The notes beneath the pieces were generated by a model. It had not been told where the DNA came from and searched no databases. It saw only the letters and a list, made by a program, of their open reading frames with translations. A program made the translations under genes and the position numbers. Below are positions 51,585-64,000 of a DNA stretch of 64,000 nt, piece after piece. Numbering within the stretch: position 1 is the stretch's first letter; each line of letters opens with the position of its first letter. The stretch is taken from NCBI GenBank assembly GCA_038087875.1, contig CM075988.1, positions 24,058,001-24,122,000 on the forward strand, written 5' to 3'. Source of the stretch: Malacoraja senta (taxonomy: Eukaryota).

Positions 51585-53712
51585 AGGAAGGAGAGATGGA
51601 TCATTCATGAATGAATGGCAGAGTAGACTTGATGGGCCGAATGGCCTAATTCTGCTCCTATCACTTATGACCTTATGACCTCCAACAATCAATTTCCAAA
51701 CGACAGGACGATAAGCAGAAAAACACGTATTCAAATAAAATCCAAAATTATTATTCTGAATGAGAATCACCAGGGTCATATCTTCTGTATTATTACTTCC
51801 ATTATAAATTAGTGCTTCACAAAAGGGAGAGAAAAAAATCAAACACGCCAACAGAGCAATTTTGGGACAATTATTTCGGCCACATATAGTTTAATCTAGA
51901 ATTTCTCAATAATTCTTTCATTGCTAATTTATCCAATGTTTCTCATTAAATGATTACCTCCTTTTTCTTAGGCAACCCCTTGGGTTCAAGGAGTTTAGTT
52001 TAGTTTGGTTTAGTTTCGAGATACAGCGAGGAAACAGGCCCTTCGGCCCACCTAGTCTGCACCGACCAGCGATCCCCGCACACTAACACAACCCTACACA
52101 CACTAGGGACAATTTACAATTGTACCAAGCCAAACCTGTGCATCTTTGGAGTGTGGGAGGAAAGCGGAGATCCCGGGGAAAACCCACGCAGGTCACGGGA
52201 GAAGGTACAACACCACCCGTAGTCCTTCTCTCCAGATTGTCCAGCTGAGTTACTCCAGCTTTTTGTGACCATCTTCGGTTTAAACCAGCATCTGCAGTTC
52301 CTTCCTACACAATGTGTGACTCATCTACTGTTTTCCCAAGGCCTTCCCACTACTTACCAGGTGTCTCTTGAAATTCTCTCACTTGCTTCGATAAGTGCAA
52401 CATCAAGCAGCTCATCTCCATCCCAGGGAGAGGCAGTCTGCTCCATTGGCACCCTATCCAACTGCAGAATCATTAGCTTCCCCCCACCACCCACACACAA
52501 TGAACACATTTCACAGCATCCACCAGAAGCAATTACCTCAGGTTTCCTCAAATAGCAACTCCCAAACCCATTATCTCTACTGACGATAGACAAACAATGC
52601 TGGAGGATCTCTAAATGCTGGAGAAGGAATGGGTGACGTTTCAGATTGAGACCCTTCCTCAGTCTGAAGATTGGTCTCGACCCGAAACGTCACCCTTTCC
52701 TTCTCTCCAGAGATGCTGCCTGTCCCTCCAGTATTCAGTTTAAGGATAAGGGGGGAAGTCTTTTAAGACCGAGATGAGAATTTTTTTTTTCACACAGAGA
52801 GTGGTGAATCTGTGGAATTCTCTGCCACAGAGGGTAGTTGAGGCCAGTTCATTGGCTATATTTAAGAGGGAGTTAGATGTGGCCCTTGTGGCTAAAGTGA
52901 TCCGGGGGTATGGAGAGAAGGCAGGTACGGGATACTGAGTTGGATGATCAGCCATGATCATATTGAATGGCGGTGCAGGCTCGAAGGGCCGAATGGCCTC
53001 CTCCTGCACCTATTTTCTATATTTCCATGTTTCTATGTTAGTGTGTATCTTCGGTGTAAACCAGCATCTGCAGTTCCTTCCCAACCATTATCTTGACTAC
53101 TTAGGAGGCCAAGCGCACAGTCTCATTGGGTTGTCGTCAGCAACTCCAAAGTCCCTCTAGGCCGCACACCATTCTGACTTGGATATAAAGTACCCATCAT
53201 TTTCGTAACAGCACACAAAGCAAAGTATCTCTGAACACATGACATTAATAAATCAATACCTATAAGGCCTTTCCCAACCTACCAAACTGTCCACAGAATC
53301 ACCACTGACTGAACGTTGTTGCCTTCCACCACGGTGAAGAATGTTGTGGTGGGTGTTTGTGTTCTATTTTATTGTGTATTGTGTGTTCTGTTTAAGTGTA
53401 TCGCTGCTGGCAAATTCATTTCACTGCACCTTCGGGTGGAGGTGACGAATAAAATTGACTTCGACTTTGACACCTAGCTCCTCCATCTTCTAAAATTCAA
53501 CAGACCAGCTCTAGGCTTCTCTATCGTGTAGATTCCCAGCCCTTGGTCTTGCTAACGCGGTTGCCTTTTACTGGAGAGTGGTTGAGTTGGCCCTTCTGTG
53601 CTCTGTTCCAAAGGCCCATCAGCCACTCAGACATAGTGTTGACCAGTGTGACCTGGCCTTGCTTTATACTACTCATGGCTATCTATGCAGGTATATGCAA
53701 ACCTGAGACTTA

Positions 53713-53944
53713 AGGGCCTGTCCCACTTGGCGATTTTTTTTCGGCGACTGCCGGCGTCACATCAGTGTCGCCAAAAGAATTTGAACATTTCAAAATCCAG
53801 CCTGTCCCGACAAATAAAATGTTGCGACGCTTGAAAAAACACCGCGCGTCAATACGTCGTCACGCCGCAAATTTTCCAGCGACCTGATTCGTCAGTCAAT
53901 GATGCTGGCAGTCGCCGAAAAAATCACCAAGTGGGACAGGCCCT
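53713..53944. mobile_element. PIF/Harbinger-type MITE
   Basis: TIR AGGGCCTGTCCCACTTGG.GATTTTTT; TSD TTA. Truncated relatives at ~4500-4803, ~8965-9146 and ~31325-31470. Confidence 0.85.
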
Positions 53945-56689
53945 TTAGAGTATGTGTTATGAGTCAGAGGAACAGGAACCGAGAGATATAGAAGGCACAT
54001 GGGGGACAAATGAATGAAAGCTATGCAAAAAGCAACGATGATCAAGGAATGGTGGAGCCCACAATGATCCATTGTTGGCGGTGAGCTGGGTGATAACGAG
54101 TCATACAGACAGTGAAACTCCACAGGACGACAGTGAAACTAGTACAACGATCAGGGTGGGGTCGAGACCAGTTTTGGGTCTCGACCTGAAAAGGCGCCTA
54201 TTCCTTCTCTCCACAGATGCTGCCTCACCCGCTGAGTTTCTCCAGCATTTTTGGTCCACCTTCAATTTTTCCAGCATCTGCAGTTCTTTCTTAAGCTAAA
54301 TGCATGGACAGATAGACATAAAATGCTGGAGTAACTCAGCAGGACAGACAGCAACTCGTCCTGAAACTTCACCCAATCCCTTCCTCCAGAGATGCTGCCT
54401 GTCCCGATGAGTTACTCCAGCATTTTGTGTCTATCTTCGGTGTAAACCAGCATCTGCAGTTCCTTCCTAAACGAAATGCATATGTGGCAATATGTATCTG
54501 ACTGTGTCTACATCTGTATTTAACTGTATGCTCCTGATGATGAGCTTGTATCTGACAGAGGGCATGCATCTGAGAATACTGTATCTAATTGTGAATACAC
54601 ATCTGAGCATATCTTTCTAAGTGAGTGTGTGTTCGATTGGAAGCTTGCAAGGAACAGTGATAATGCATCTGCAAGTGTATCTGTGACTGAGAGTTGCTTC
54701 AATCTGTGTGGACAGTCAGATAGCATCCAGCCTGACCCACATTCGTTATTTTCCGCGGGGACTGTTGACATTTTTGGACCTTTGGTAATTTTCAAATTGC
54801 AGTCTTCAAATTGATGAAACGGCCGTTGGTATCCTGTGCAGTAATGGCGGCGTGCGCCTCTTTGCGAGATTGATTTTCTCGGATGTAAACATCTAAAATC
54901 AACCCTGCATCTTATCTTGTCGGCTTGGTTTCAGTGAAAGCGTCAGGAAATGGACCTTGAAACTGCAACTCCTGCCGAGTGATGATGCTATCAGCAATAT
55001 ACCAAACGCACGTTCATCTGCCTTACACTAAAGGGCAAATCTCTTCCACTGCGCCACAATCTTACTCCATTTCAGCTCCAGATAAAGAGCTTTTGTACAG
55101 AAATGCGAGGGTAACAGAACACCCCCCCAGGGCACTTTCAGGAGCAGAACTGTGTTCGCACTCAGTCACAACAGTGGCACAGATGCCTTATATAAAAGGC
55201 ACAGATGCCTAAAGAACTGGCCACACCTTAGACTTGGCAAGAGACAAGACGTATCTGATCAGATTAGAAAAGGTCACCCATAAGACTCGTGTGTTCACTG
55301 GGTTAAAACCATTGATAACATAAAATGTCACTGACGTCCACAGGAAATAAGCAGAAGGCACAGAGTTGCGGCCTCACAGCGCCAGAGACCCGGGTTCGAT
55401 CCTGACTACGGGTGCTGTCTGTACGGAGTTTGTACATTCACCCCGTGACCGCGTGGGTTTTCCCCAGGTGCTCCGGTTTCCTCCCACACTCCAAAGACGT
55501 GCCGGTTCGTAGGTTAATTGACGTGTAGGTTTGTAGGCTAATTAGCTTGGGTGAAAATTGTGAATTGTCCCTAGTGTGTGTAGGATAGCGTGAGTGTGCG
55601 GGGATCCTGGCCGGCGCGGACTCGGTGGGCCGAAGGGCCTGTTTCCATGCTGTACCTCTAAAATAAACTAAACTAAATGGAATATTCGCATACATATCCA
55701 GAGAATAAGAGTATCCAAGGTTATTCCGCATCTGTGCAAAACCACTGATAAACCACTCATGGTAGTGTAAGGTAAGTCATTGCAGCAGAATCAGGCCATT
55801 CGGCCCATCAAGTGCCCTCCGCCATTCAATCATGGCTGATCTATTTTTCCCTCTCAACCCCAATTCTCCTGCCTTCTCCCCATTAGCTATTCTGGGAAGC
55901 CACATTTTAGACAGTAGGAAGGAACTGAAGATGCTGGCTTCCACCGAAGATGGCCACAAAATACTGGAGTAACTCAGCGGGTCAGGCAGCATCTCTGGAG
56001 CAAAGGATGACTAGTTGTCCATTCCTTCTGTCCAGAGATGCTGCCGGTCCCGCTGAATTACTCCAGCATTTTGTCTCTATTTTAGACAGTATATATTGGC
56101 CTTAGAGGAAGCACAGCATCGACTTGCAGGAGTGATGCCAGGAATCCAAGCATCACATCCAAGTTCAAAATGAGATTAGAGAAACATTGATTGTGTTCTG
56201 TGAAATATAGGGGGAGAATTCAAGATATTAAGGAAACAATAAGAGAAAACTAAATGATTTCCATTGATCGTGGAGCTCAGGTCATAACCTGAAAGCTGGA
56301 GACAGACCCTTCAGGAGTAAATGTGGAAAACCTATACTTACTTTGTTCTACTTAGCTCTACTAACCACGGTGGGAGATATTGTGCTTGGACAGCTTACAA
56401 CTCAGCAGTATGATTTCTCTAAAATGTCAAGTAACCCTTGCATCCCCTCTCTCCCCGGCCCTCCCCCACCCAAGTCGTTATACTTGTTTCAATGTCATCC
56501 TGGTGAGTCTCATTGTCTGTAACTCGTTTTCACCTACACCACTAACACTGGCCCGTTTCCTTTACCATCGTTAATTTTTTTTTCCATATCTTTCATTCGT
56601 TTGTTCTGTATCTCTCTACCTCACCGTCTATATCTCTCGTTTCCCTTGCCCCCGACTCTCATTCCGAAGAAGTGTCTCGACCTGTCAAG

Positions 56690-56938
56690 TGTCAAGAACT
56701 GTGGAACAGCATCCCCCTTCCCATCAGAACTGCCCCCTCCATCGACTCCTTTAAGTCAAGACGAAAAACTTATCATTACTCCCAAGCCTTTCTTGATGTC
56801 CTCTGAGCGAGGGCCATATGTATATATGTATGTAGTTTGTTTGTTTATACTATTCTTATAACAAATGTAAAGCACTTTGGCCAACGAGAGTTGTTTTTTA
56901 AATGTGCTATATAAATAAATGTGACTTGTGACTTGACT
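56690..56938 (+). mobile_element. L2-like LINE 3' end
   Basis: LWNSIP..IRTAPSIDSFKSR.KT-like peptide; tail TGTAAAGCACTTTG...TGCTATATAAATAAA with (GACTT)n. Confidence 0.7.
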
Positions 56939-57199
56939 CGACCCGAAACGTCACCCATTCCTTCTCTCCGGAGATGCTGCCTGACCCGCTGAGTTACTCC
57001 AGCTTTTTGTGTCTATCGTCAGTAGATATCGGAAGATAATGTCATTATTTTTATTAAGCTATAATGGGATTTAGGAAAAAGTGGGTCGATGGACTAGTTT
57101 AGACCTGATCTCAATGAATGTCAACACTTTGTTTGGGAGTTAATTGGTCTGTTTCTTAGCCAACAGTTTGGTCTAACGTGGTCTTAATCAGCATTGTGG

Positions 57200-57970
57200 A
57201 AGCACTTTCCTAAACTTCCCAACCGTCTCCCCTATTTGTGATAAATGCCACCTCCAAGAAGCGACTTTAACCCATTCTTTTGCTTCCTGCATAAAGACAC
57301 AAAACTTCTGGAGGGGAATTATTCGATATCTTCTCTAAAATACTAAAAAATTAAACTGGAATCCGATACAAAACTGATAACATTAGGTATGTCAGAGGCC
57401 TATTCGAAGTTAACGATATTTCAAAGACGTTTCCTTGACTACGGCCTAATAACTGCGAAAAAACTCATACTCAAACTCTGGAAAAAGACATCGGTTCCCA
57501 CAGTGAAGATGTGGATTACTGTCCGAGTAATGTCCGAGACTCGACATTTAGAAAACATTAGGCTTGTTTTGGCTGAAAAAGCAGATCAATTTTTCAAAAC
57601 ATGGTCTCCTTTCACTGAATTTCTACAACAACAGAATGGTTGAACACAAATTTAATACTGATGCTTGGGATGTGTGAGCGGGGTGGGGGGGGGGGGGGGT
57701 GGGGGGAAGGATAGTAGGGTATATCTCCATCTTCGTTTTTCTTATATCTCTTCTTTCCTCTCGCACTTCTTTGGTAGTTTAGGGGTCTTTTCTTTCCTTC
57801 CTTTTATTTTTCTTCTTTTTCTTCATTCTCTCCTCTCTTCTCTCTTTTTTTTTGATTCATGTATTAATGTTAAAAATGAAGCTGCACGAAAATTGTTTAA
57901 CTTTCATGTCAATTGCCTTATTCTTGTCCAATTGCTTCTAATAAAATAAATAAAAAAAACTAAAAAAAAA
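57200..57970 (+). mobile_element. Degraded L1-clade LINE 3' end
   Basis: FPTVSPICDKCHLQEATLTHSFASC...LDYGLITAKKLILKLWK, homologous to 16199-17533 but frameshifted. AATAAA plus poly-A. Confidence 0.85.
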
Positions 57971-60900
57971 ACCATCACCACCCACTTCCAGAAGGCAACC
58001 AGTAATGGTGATAGATGATAGCCTTGCCAATGAAAGCCACAATCTAAGAACAATTTAAGATGAAGGCGGAGAGAATGTGCAAGTTGCAACAGCTCAGAGA
58101 CGGCCACTTTCGCAAGAAAGACTTCCATTCATTGAAAGCCTGAATTGAGATGAATTGAAGAGTCTTGACCGGAAACGTCACTCCAGAGACACTGCCTGTC
58201 CCACTGAGTTACTCCAGCATTTTGTGTCTATCGTCGATTTAAACCAGCATCCGCAGTTCTTTCCTATCCATTCATTGAAACGTCACAGAGTGTTTGACCA
58301 CTCATGGATTACTCTGCAGCAAAGTGCGCAGATATAAACATCAAGACGTCCTGTCAGACACGCTCGAGTAACATTGAGGGAATAATACAACAACTGGTGA
58401 AATCTCTGGATGTCGTGGTTGAGGAAGGAGAGCCGGCCAGAGCCACCGGAACGGAACAGGACGCTGGGCATTGGCTGCACGGCATCAGTAGATAATGAAG
58501 CTCCGGCAACGGCTGGTGCAAGTGGGAAGTGTGGAAAATACTCAGCAGGCTCTGAATAAACGTGAAGAATAAACAAGCGGAGGTGGGCTGGAGGTCTGGT
58601 CCAATCCACACCTTCTCTCTGCCGTCATCTTAAAGCAAAATCGCTCTTAGATCTGAGATTATGGGCTTCACTGGTCTGAAGAGGGGTCTCGACCCAAAAG
58701 CAGAGACCCAGGTTCGACCCTGACCATGGGTGCTGCCTGTACGGAGTTTGCATGTTCTTCCTGTGACCACGTGGGTTTATTCTCCAGGTGATCCACCCAC
58801 ATTCCAAAGACGTACAGGTTTCCAGGTTAAAATGTGTAGGAAAGCACCGCCGATGCTGGTAAAATCGGCGGTAGAGACAAAATGCTGGAGTAACTCAGCG
58901 GGTGAGGCAGCATCTCTGGAGAGAAGGAATGGGTGACGTTTCGGGTCGAGATGTCACCCATTCCTTCTCTCCAGAGATGCTGCCTGTCCCGCTGAGTTAC
59001 TCCAGCTTCTTATGTCTATTGTCAGCCTCACTGGGGTAATGTCTCTATTCTCCAGGCAAACAGGGGAGGGTTGGGGCTGGTGATGTGTTGCAAAGTTCAA
59101 CATAAAGGCAAATAACGGACAAGATTTCTGCCGAGACAGCAATTGAAAACATCAACAACAGTCGCAGCTGGAATGATCCAGCCAGTCAGGTGGGCACTCT
59201 GGAGTGGGGAATGACAGGGGGGAAAGGAGAGAAACAGCTTGTTTTCTGTTTAGCTTTAGACTTTAGAGAGATACAGCGCGGAAACAGGCTCCACCCGCTC
59301 CACTCCGACCAGCAACCGCTCCCCGTACACTAGCACTATCCAACACACACGAGGGACAATTTACAATTTACACAAGCCAATTCACCTACAAACCTGCTTG
59401 TCTTTGGAGTGTGGGAGGAAACCGGAGCACCCGGAGAAAACCCACGCGGTCACAGGGAGAACGTATAAACTCCGTACTGACAGCACCCGTAGACAGGATC
59501 TAGACAGCAGCTCTACCGCTGTGCCACCCCGAATATCTAACAAAAGATTCGAAGTTGAAGCACCTGGTTTATTTTTTGCACAAAGCCTGGCCGGCCGGCT
59601 GAGTGTTCTCTGCAATGTCCACCTGCACCAGCAGTTGTGGGAGACTCGTTATCTACTGATGTGCTGATGATGTCCAACTAATCCCCATTTGCCTGTTCCA
59701 GTGGTGGCTCTGAACAAGTCCATCTACTCACGTCTATCTACACAGCACCTAGATAACGGCACCAACTCCAGCACACGGCTGGCACGTGGCAGCCACGGCC
59801 TCACTGCACACGGGAGAAGCTACTTATTCACTCCTGGGATGTACTATCTCTGACAAGGTCTGCCTGGATCGTTCAGCCCTGGTTGTCCCAAGAAGGTAGT
59901 GACTTCCCTCAAGTCAACCTCGTTAGTTGGGATGAGGGCAGACGCAGGGCAAGCCTTCGTGGTGAGGAAATATTATATAATAGAACCGCTCGGATAGTGA
60001 CTTTTATATAAGCTAGATAATTTGCAAAAGAAAAGCTTAAGGTTCTCAGAAACACATGTGTCCTAGATAATTAAAGTGCAATGAAACATACACAGGGAAC
60101 AGATGAATCAAAACATAGAAACCTGAATCTGAACCTGCTTAGCTTTGTTTATTGCTTTGAGGCAATTATTACACTGGAGGAAATTGTATTTGATATGATT
60201 TTGTGTTGAAGAATGGATAGCTGAATAGTGCCTCTTCATAGGCCAGAGGTCATCAAAGTTCTAATGTAATACCTACATAAATGCCATGAGTTCTATCAAA
60301 GTTACTCCTCTCTGGACCCACCCCAGAGCATCAGATCTGTGTTGGAAGGTTCAGAGACTAGTCTCAGCTGAATAAAGAATCGATTTCAACAGCTACAAGC
60401 GTTTGAGTCAAGTTGACTTTAGATTGAGAAAAGAACTCACTTTAACAGTGGCAGGGCAAGCTAATATTAGTTTGTGTTATGGGTTTCTTGTAACTTTGTG
60501 CACGCCCTTTACGTGGCCCCTCTTTGCATACCTTGTATGTGCAAAACAAAGATTATCATTGTGACTTGTCACATATGACAATAAAGAATCATTTATTCAT
60601 TCATTCATTCAAGCCTCGGTCAGCCAACAGGTTTGTTCCCTCCAAAGCACAGAAACATATCTATAGATAGACTCAAAAACCTGGAGTAACTCAGCGGGTC
60701 GGGCAGCATCTCTGGAGAAAAGGAATAGGTGACGTTTCAGGTCGAGATTCAGCGGAAACACATCCATTGTCTTGTTTTAACCACAATCCAACATCCCTGC
60801 GGCCATGTTCACTGAGCTTAAAAATGATGGAATATGAACTTACTTTCCTCAAATTCACCATGACAACGGCCCCAACAAATCACACCCGTCCAAACAAGAA

Positions 60901-60984
60901 GGTGGAAGCGTTTTGAACGGTGGACACTGATAAACTGACACTGATAACAAAGCCCAGTCTGAAAAGTTTTCACTCTAAAATGGT

Positions 60985-61390
60985 ACCACGTGCAATTAGT
61001 CACGCACGATACTGTACAAGAATTAACTAGGTAGGTTAGTGTGAAACAAATAATTGTGGATATTAGTTTAAGGGAATAAACTGTGAATATTACAGTGTAA
61101 GAATTAATTGTGTACATTATAGTACGAGAGAAATGAATAGTGTGCATCAGTGTGAAAGGAATTCATTGTATCCATTAGTTTAAAATAATTGATCTCGGGT
61201 GCTAGTTTGAAAGGAATTAATCATATTTATTGCAATATGAAATGAATTAATTGTGTACAATAACAGTAATGTATTATGCATATTTGTTTGAGGAAAAATA
61301 GTATATCTTAATTTAAGATTAATTTATTGAATGCTCTAGTTTCAGAGGAATTAGTAATATATCTTAACGTGAAGAATTAATGGTGAATAA
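60985..61390. repeat. Degenerate AT-rich ~30-bp tandem repeat (GAATTAATTGTGTACATTA.GTGAA)
   Basis: Recurrent GAATTAAT/TGTGTACA motifs at roughly 30-bp spacing. Confidence 0.5.
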
Positions 61391-63074
61391 AGTCATAATG
61401 GTGGACATGTTGAAAGGTGCAGGGGTGGGTGCTAGGTACAGGATGTTGCAAGAGCTAAGCATATCCACTCTTGTAGTTTAGGGAAATGGAGGACTTGGGT
61501 TAGTGAGAGAGGAGCAAATCAGAAACTTGGGTCCTTATGCGACGTGAGATAGCTGATAGAAACATAGAAACATAGAAAATAGGCTCAGGAGTAGGCCATT
61601 AGGCCCTTCGAGCCAGCACCGCCTTTCAATATGATCAAGGCTGATCATCCCCAATCAGTACCCTGTTCTTGCTTTCTCCCCATATCCCTTGATTCCGTTT
61701 GCCCTAAGAGCTAAATCTAACTCTCTCTTGAAAACATCCAGTGAATTGGCCTCCACTGCCTTCTGTGGCAGAGAATTCCACAGAATCACAACTCTCTGGG
61801 TGAAAACGTTTTTCCTCATCTCAGTCCTAAATGGCCTACCCCTTATACTTAAACTGAGACCCTTGGTTCTGGACTCCCCCAACGTGGGGAATATTTTTCC
61901 CGCATCTAGCCTGTCCAATCCCTTAAGAATTTTATATGTTTCTATGAGATATGGACTGAAGGAGGGACCCGACCCAATATGTCACTTATCCATGATGTAT
62001 AGAAAGGAACTGCAGATGGACACAAAATGGGAGACCCTTCTTCAGACTGAAATCTCCTCAAGGAACTGCCGATGCTGGTTCACACCAAAGATAGACACAA
62101 AATGCTGGAGTAACTCAGCGGGACAGGCAGCGTCTCTGGAGAGAAGGAATGGGAGACCCTTCTTCAGACATCTCCAGAGATGCTGCTTGCCCCGCTGAGT
62201 TACTCCAGCACGTTGTGTCATTTGTGAAACCTGCATCTGCAGTTCCTTGTATCACCATGATATAGCGTTTAAGAAAGAACTGCAGATGCTGGAAAAATCA
62301 AAGGTAGGCAAAAATGCTGGAGAAACTCAGCGGGTGAGGCAGCATCTATGGAGCGAAGGGTCTCGACCCGAAACGTCACCTATTCCTTCGCTCCATAGAT
62401 GCTGCTTCACCCGCTTAGTTTCTCCAGCATTTTTGTCTGCCATGAAATAGCAGTCGCCAGTGAAAGTGGTTCGACCCCTGCACAGCAAAGCTGTATTTCT
62501 AGTGAGTGCGATGAGAGAGTTTTGGTCAATTAACCTGATTGAGTTTGGTTAGTAAGGTTACCGTTTATCGTGCAATGACTTTAGTGGATACTTTCTAATG
62601 GAACTACAAAACTTTAGCTGCTCACAGGCTGTGCTGGATGGTTACAGCGTCCATAGCACTTGAGTATAATCAAATGGATTGGTGCCTCTGTAAAGCCTCC
62701 ATTAACAGTGCCCAGTGTGTCTCCTTTAAACTATGTCTAATGTGATTTAAAAAAATAATTGAAAAAGCACAACTCCATTAAGCATGGCTCAGTAGTGTGG
62801 GATCCAGCAGAGCTAACTGATGCATCAACACGAGCTGGAGTTGTAATGTCCCATTGCCTTCAGCAACATGTTAACACCACAGTGTGACACGCTGTGTAAC
62901 GCAGCCACTTCTCTGCTAGACTTTTGCACTAGCTGGGCGGCAGAGTGGCGCAGCGGTAGAGTTGCTGCCTCACAGCGCCAGAGACCCGGGTTCGATCCTG
63001 ACCACGGGTGCTGTCTGTGCAGAGTTTGTGCGCTCTCCCCGTGACCTGCAGAAATAGTCTACTGAGCTTACAGT

Positions 63075-63386
63075 GCGGCACGGTGGCGCAGCGGTAGAGT
63101 TGCTGCCTCACAGCGCCAGAGACCCGGGTTCGACCCTGACTACCGGTGCTGTCTGTGCGGAGTTTGCACGTTCTCCCCGTGACCGGCGTGGGTTTTCTCC
63201 GAGATCTTCGGTTTCTTCCCACACTCCAAAGACGTACAGGTTTGTAGGGTTAATCTGCTTGACATAAGTGTAAATTGTGCCGTGTGTGTGTGTGTGTGTA
63301 GGATAGTGTAAATGTGTCGGGATCGCTGGTCAGTGAGGACCCGGTGGGCCGAAGGGCCCGTTTGCACGCTGTATCTCTAAACTAAA
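63075..63386 (+). mobile_element. tRNA-derived V-SINE (HE1-like), full length; partial tandem head at 62935-63050
   Basis: A box TGGCGCAGCGG, B box GGTTCGA(C/T)CC, V-domain GGTTTC(C/T)TCCCACACTCCAAAGAC, CR1-like tail GGGCCGAAGGGCC, (AAACT)n end. Confidence 0.9.
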
Positions 63387-64000
63387 CGTTCAACATTATT
63401 AACATTCACTCTGTTGACGTTGACTGATGGTGATCTGGGAGCAGGGTAGGTCCAGAAGGTCTCCTGGTGTGAAACGGTTGCTGGTTTAGAATTGTGATAG
63501 ATGCCTTTTCTCATTCCCATTCTAAAGGTTTCCAGTGCACCTGCAAATCTAGCCAACTTTTTAAACGCAAAGTCTCTTTCTCTGACTCACCTCAAGGCTC
63601 ATCCCTGCCGTCTGCAGGCGCTGGGAGTGAGGGGCTTTGTCCAATCTCATCAGCAGCAAGCCAACGCCCAGGGTTCAGACGTTCTCGGAGCAGAATTAGG
63701 CCATTCGGCCCATCAGGTTTACTCCGCCATTCAATCATGGCTGATCTTGCTCTCCCTCTCAACTCCATTCCCCTGCCTTCTCCCCACAACCCCTGACACT
63801 AATCAATAATCTATCTATCTCTGCCTTAAAAATATCTACTGACTTGGCCTCCACAGCCTTCTGAGGCAATAAATTCCACAGATTCACCACCCTGACTAAA
63901 GACATTCCTCCTTGAAACATATAAGATTGTTAAGGGCTTGGACACGCTAGAGGCAGGAAACATGTTCCCGATGTTGGGGGAGTCCAGAACCAGGGGCCAC

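Noticed and set aside
62935..63140. tRNA genes
   Set aside because: The A/B boxes belong to tRNA-derived SINE heads that continue into the V-domain and LINE tail.
1..64000. Strand bias of SINEs as a clue to host-gene orientation
   Set aside because: Roughly 13 minus versus 9 plus copies by eye, too weak to interpret.

Overview
Repeat-dense vertebrate non-coding DNA, intronic or intergenic. It is most likely from a cartilaginous fish (skate or ray), inferred from abundant HE1-like V-SINEs and HER1/CR1-like LINE 3' ends. No host protein-coding gene could be supported, and nearly all listed ORFs are transposon fragments, antisense shadows or microsatellites. The window holds CR1, L1, Tx1, L2 and Rex1/Babar LINE fragments and tRNA-derived V-SINEs. 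It also holds Penelope-like (GIY-YIG) remnants whose terminal repeat carries a minimal hammerhead-like motif and occurs as many solo and inverted copies. DNA transposons include several PIF/Harbinger-type MITEs (TTA/TAA target-site duplication, TSD), one P- or hAT-like MITE (8-bp TSD) and one hAT-like MITE with a 5-bp TSD. There is also a 200-N gap. The main find is a ~135-nt retroposon family present in 3 copies, each with a 10-12 bp TSD and a GAA tail. Its 5' end is exactly a 54-nt minimal HDV/CPEB3-like ribozyme fold. Family assignments are from sequence recognition only; no searches were run.
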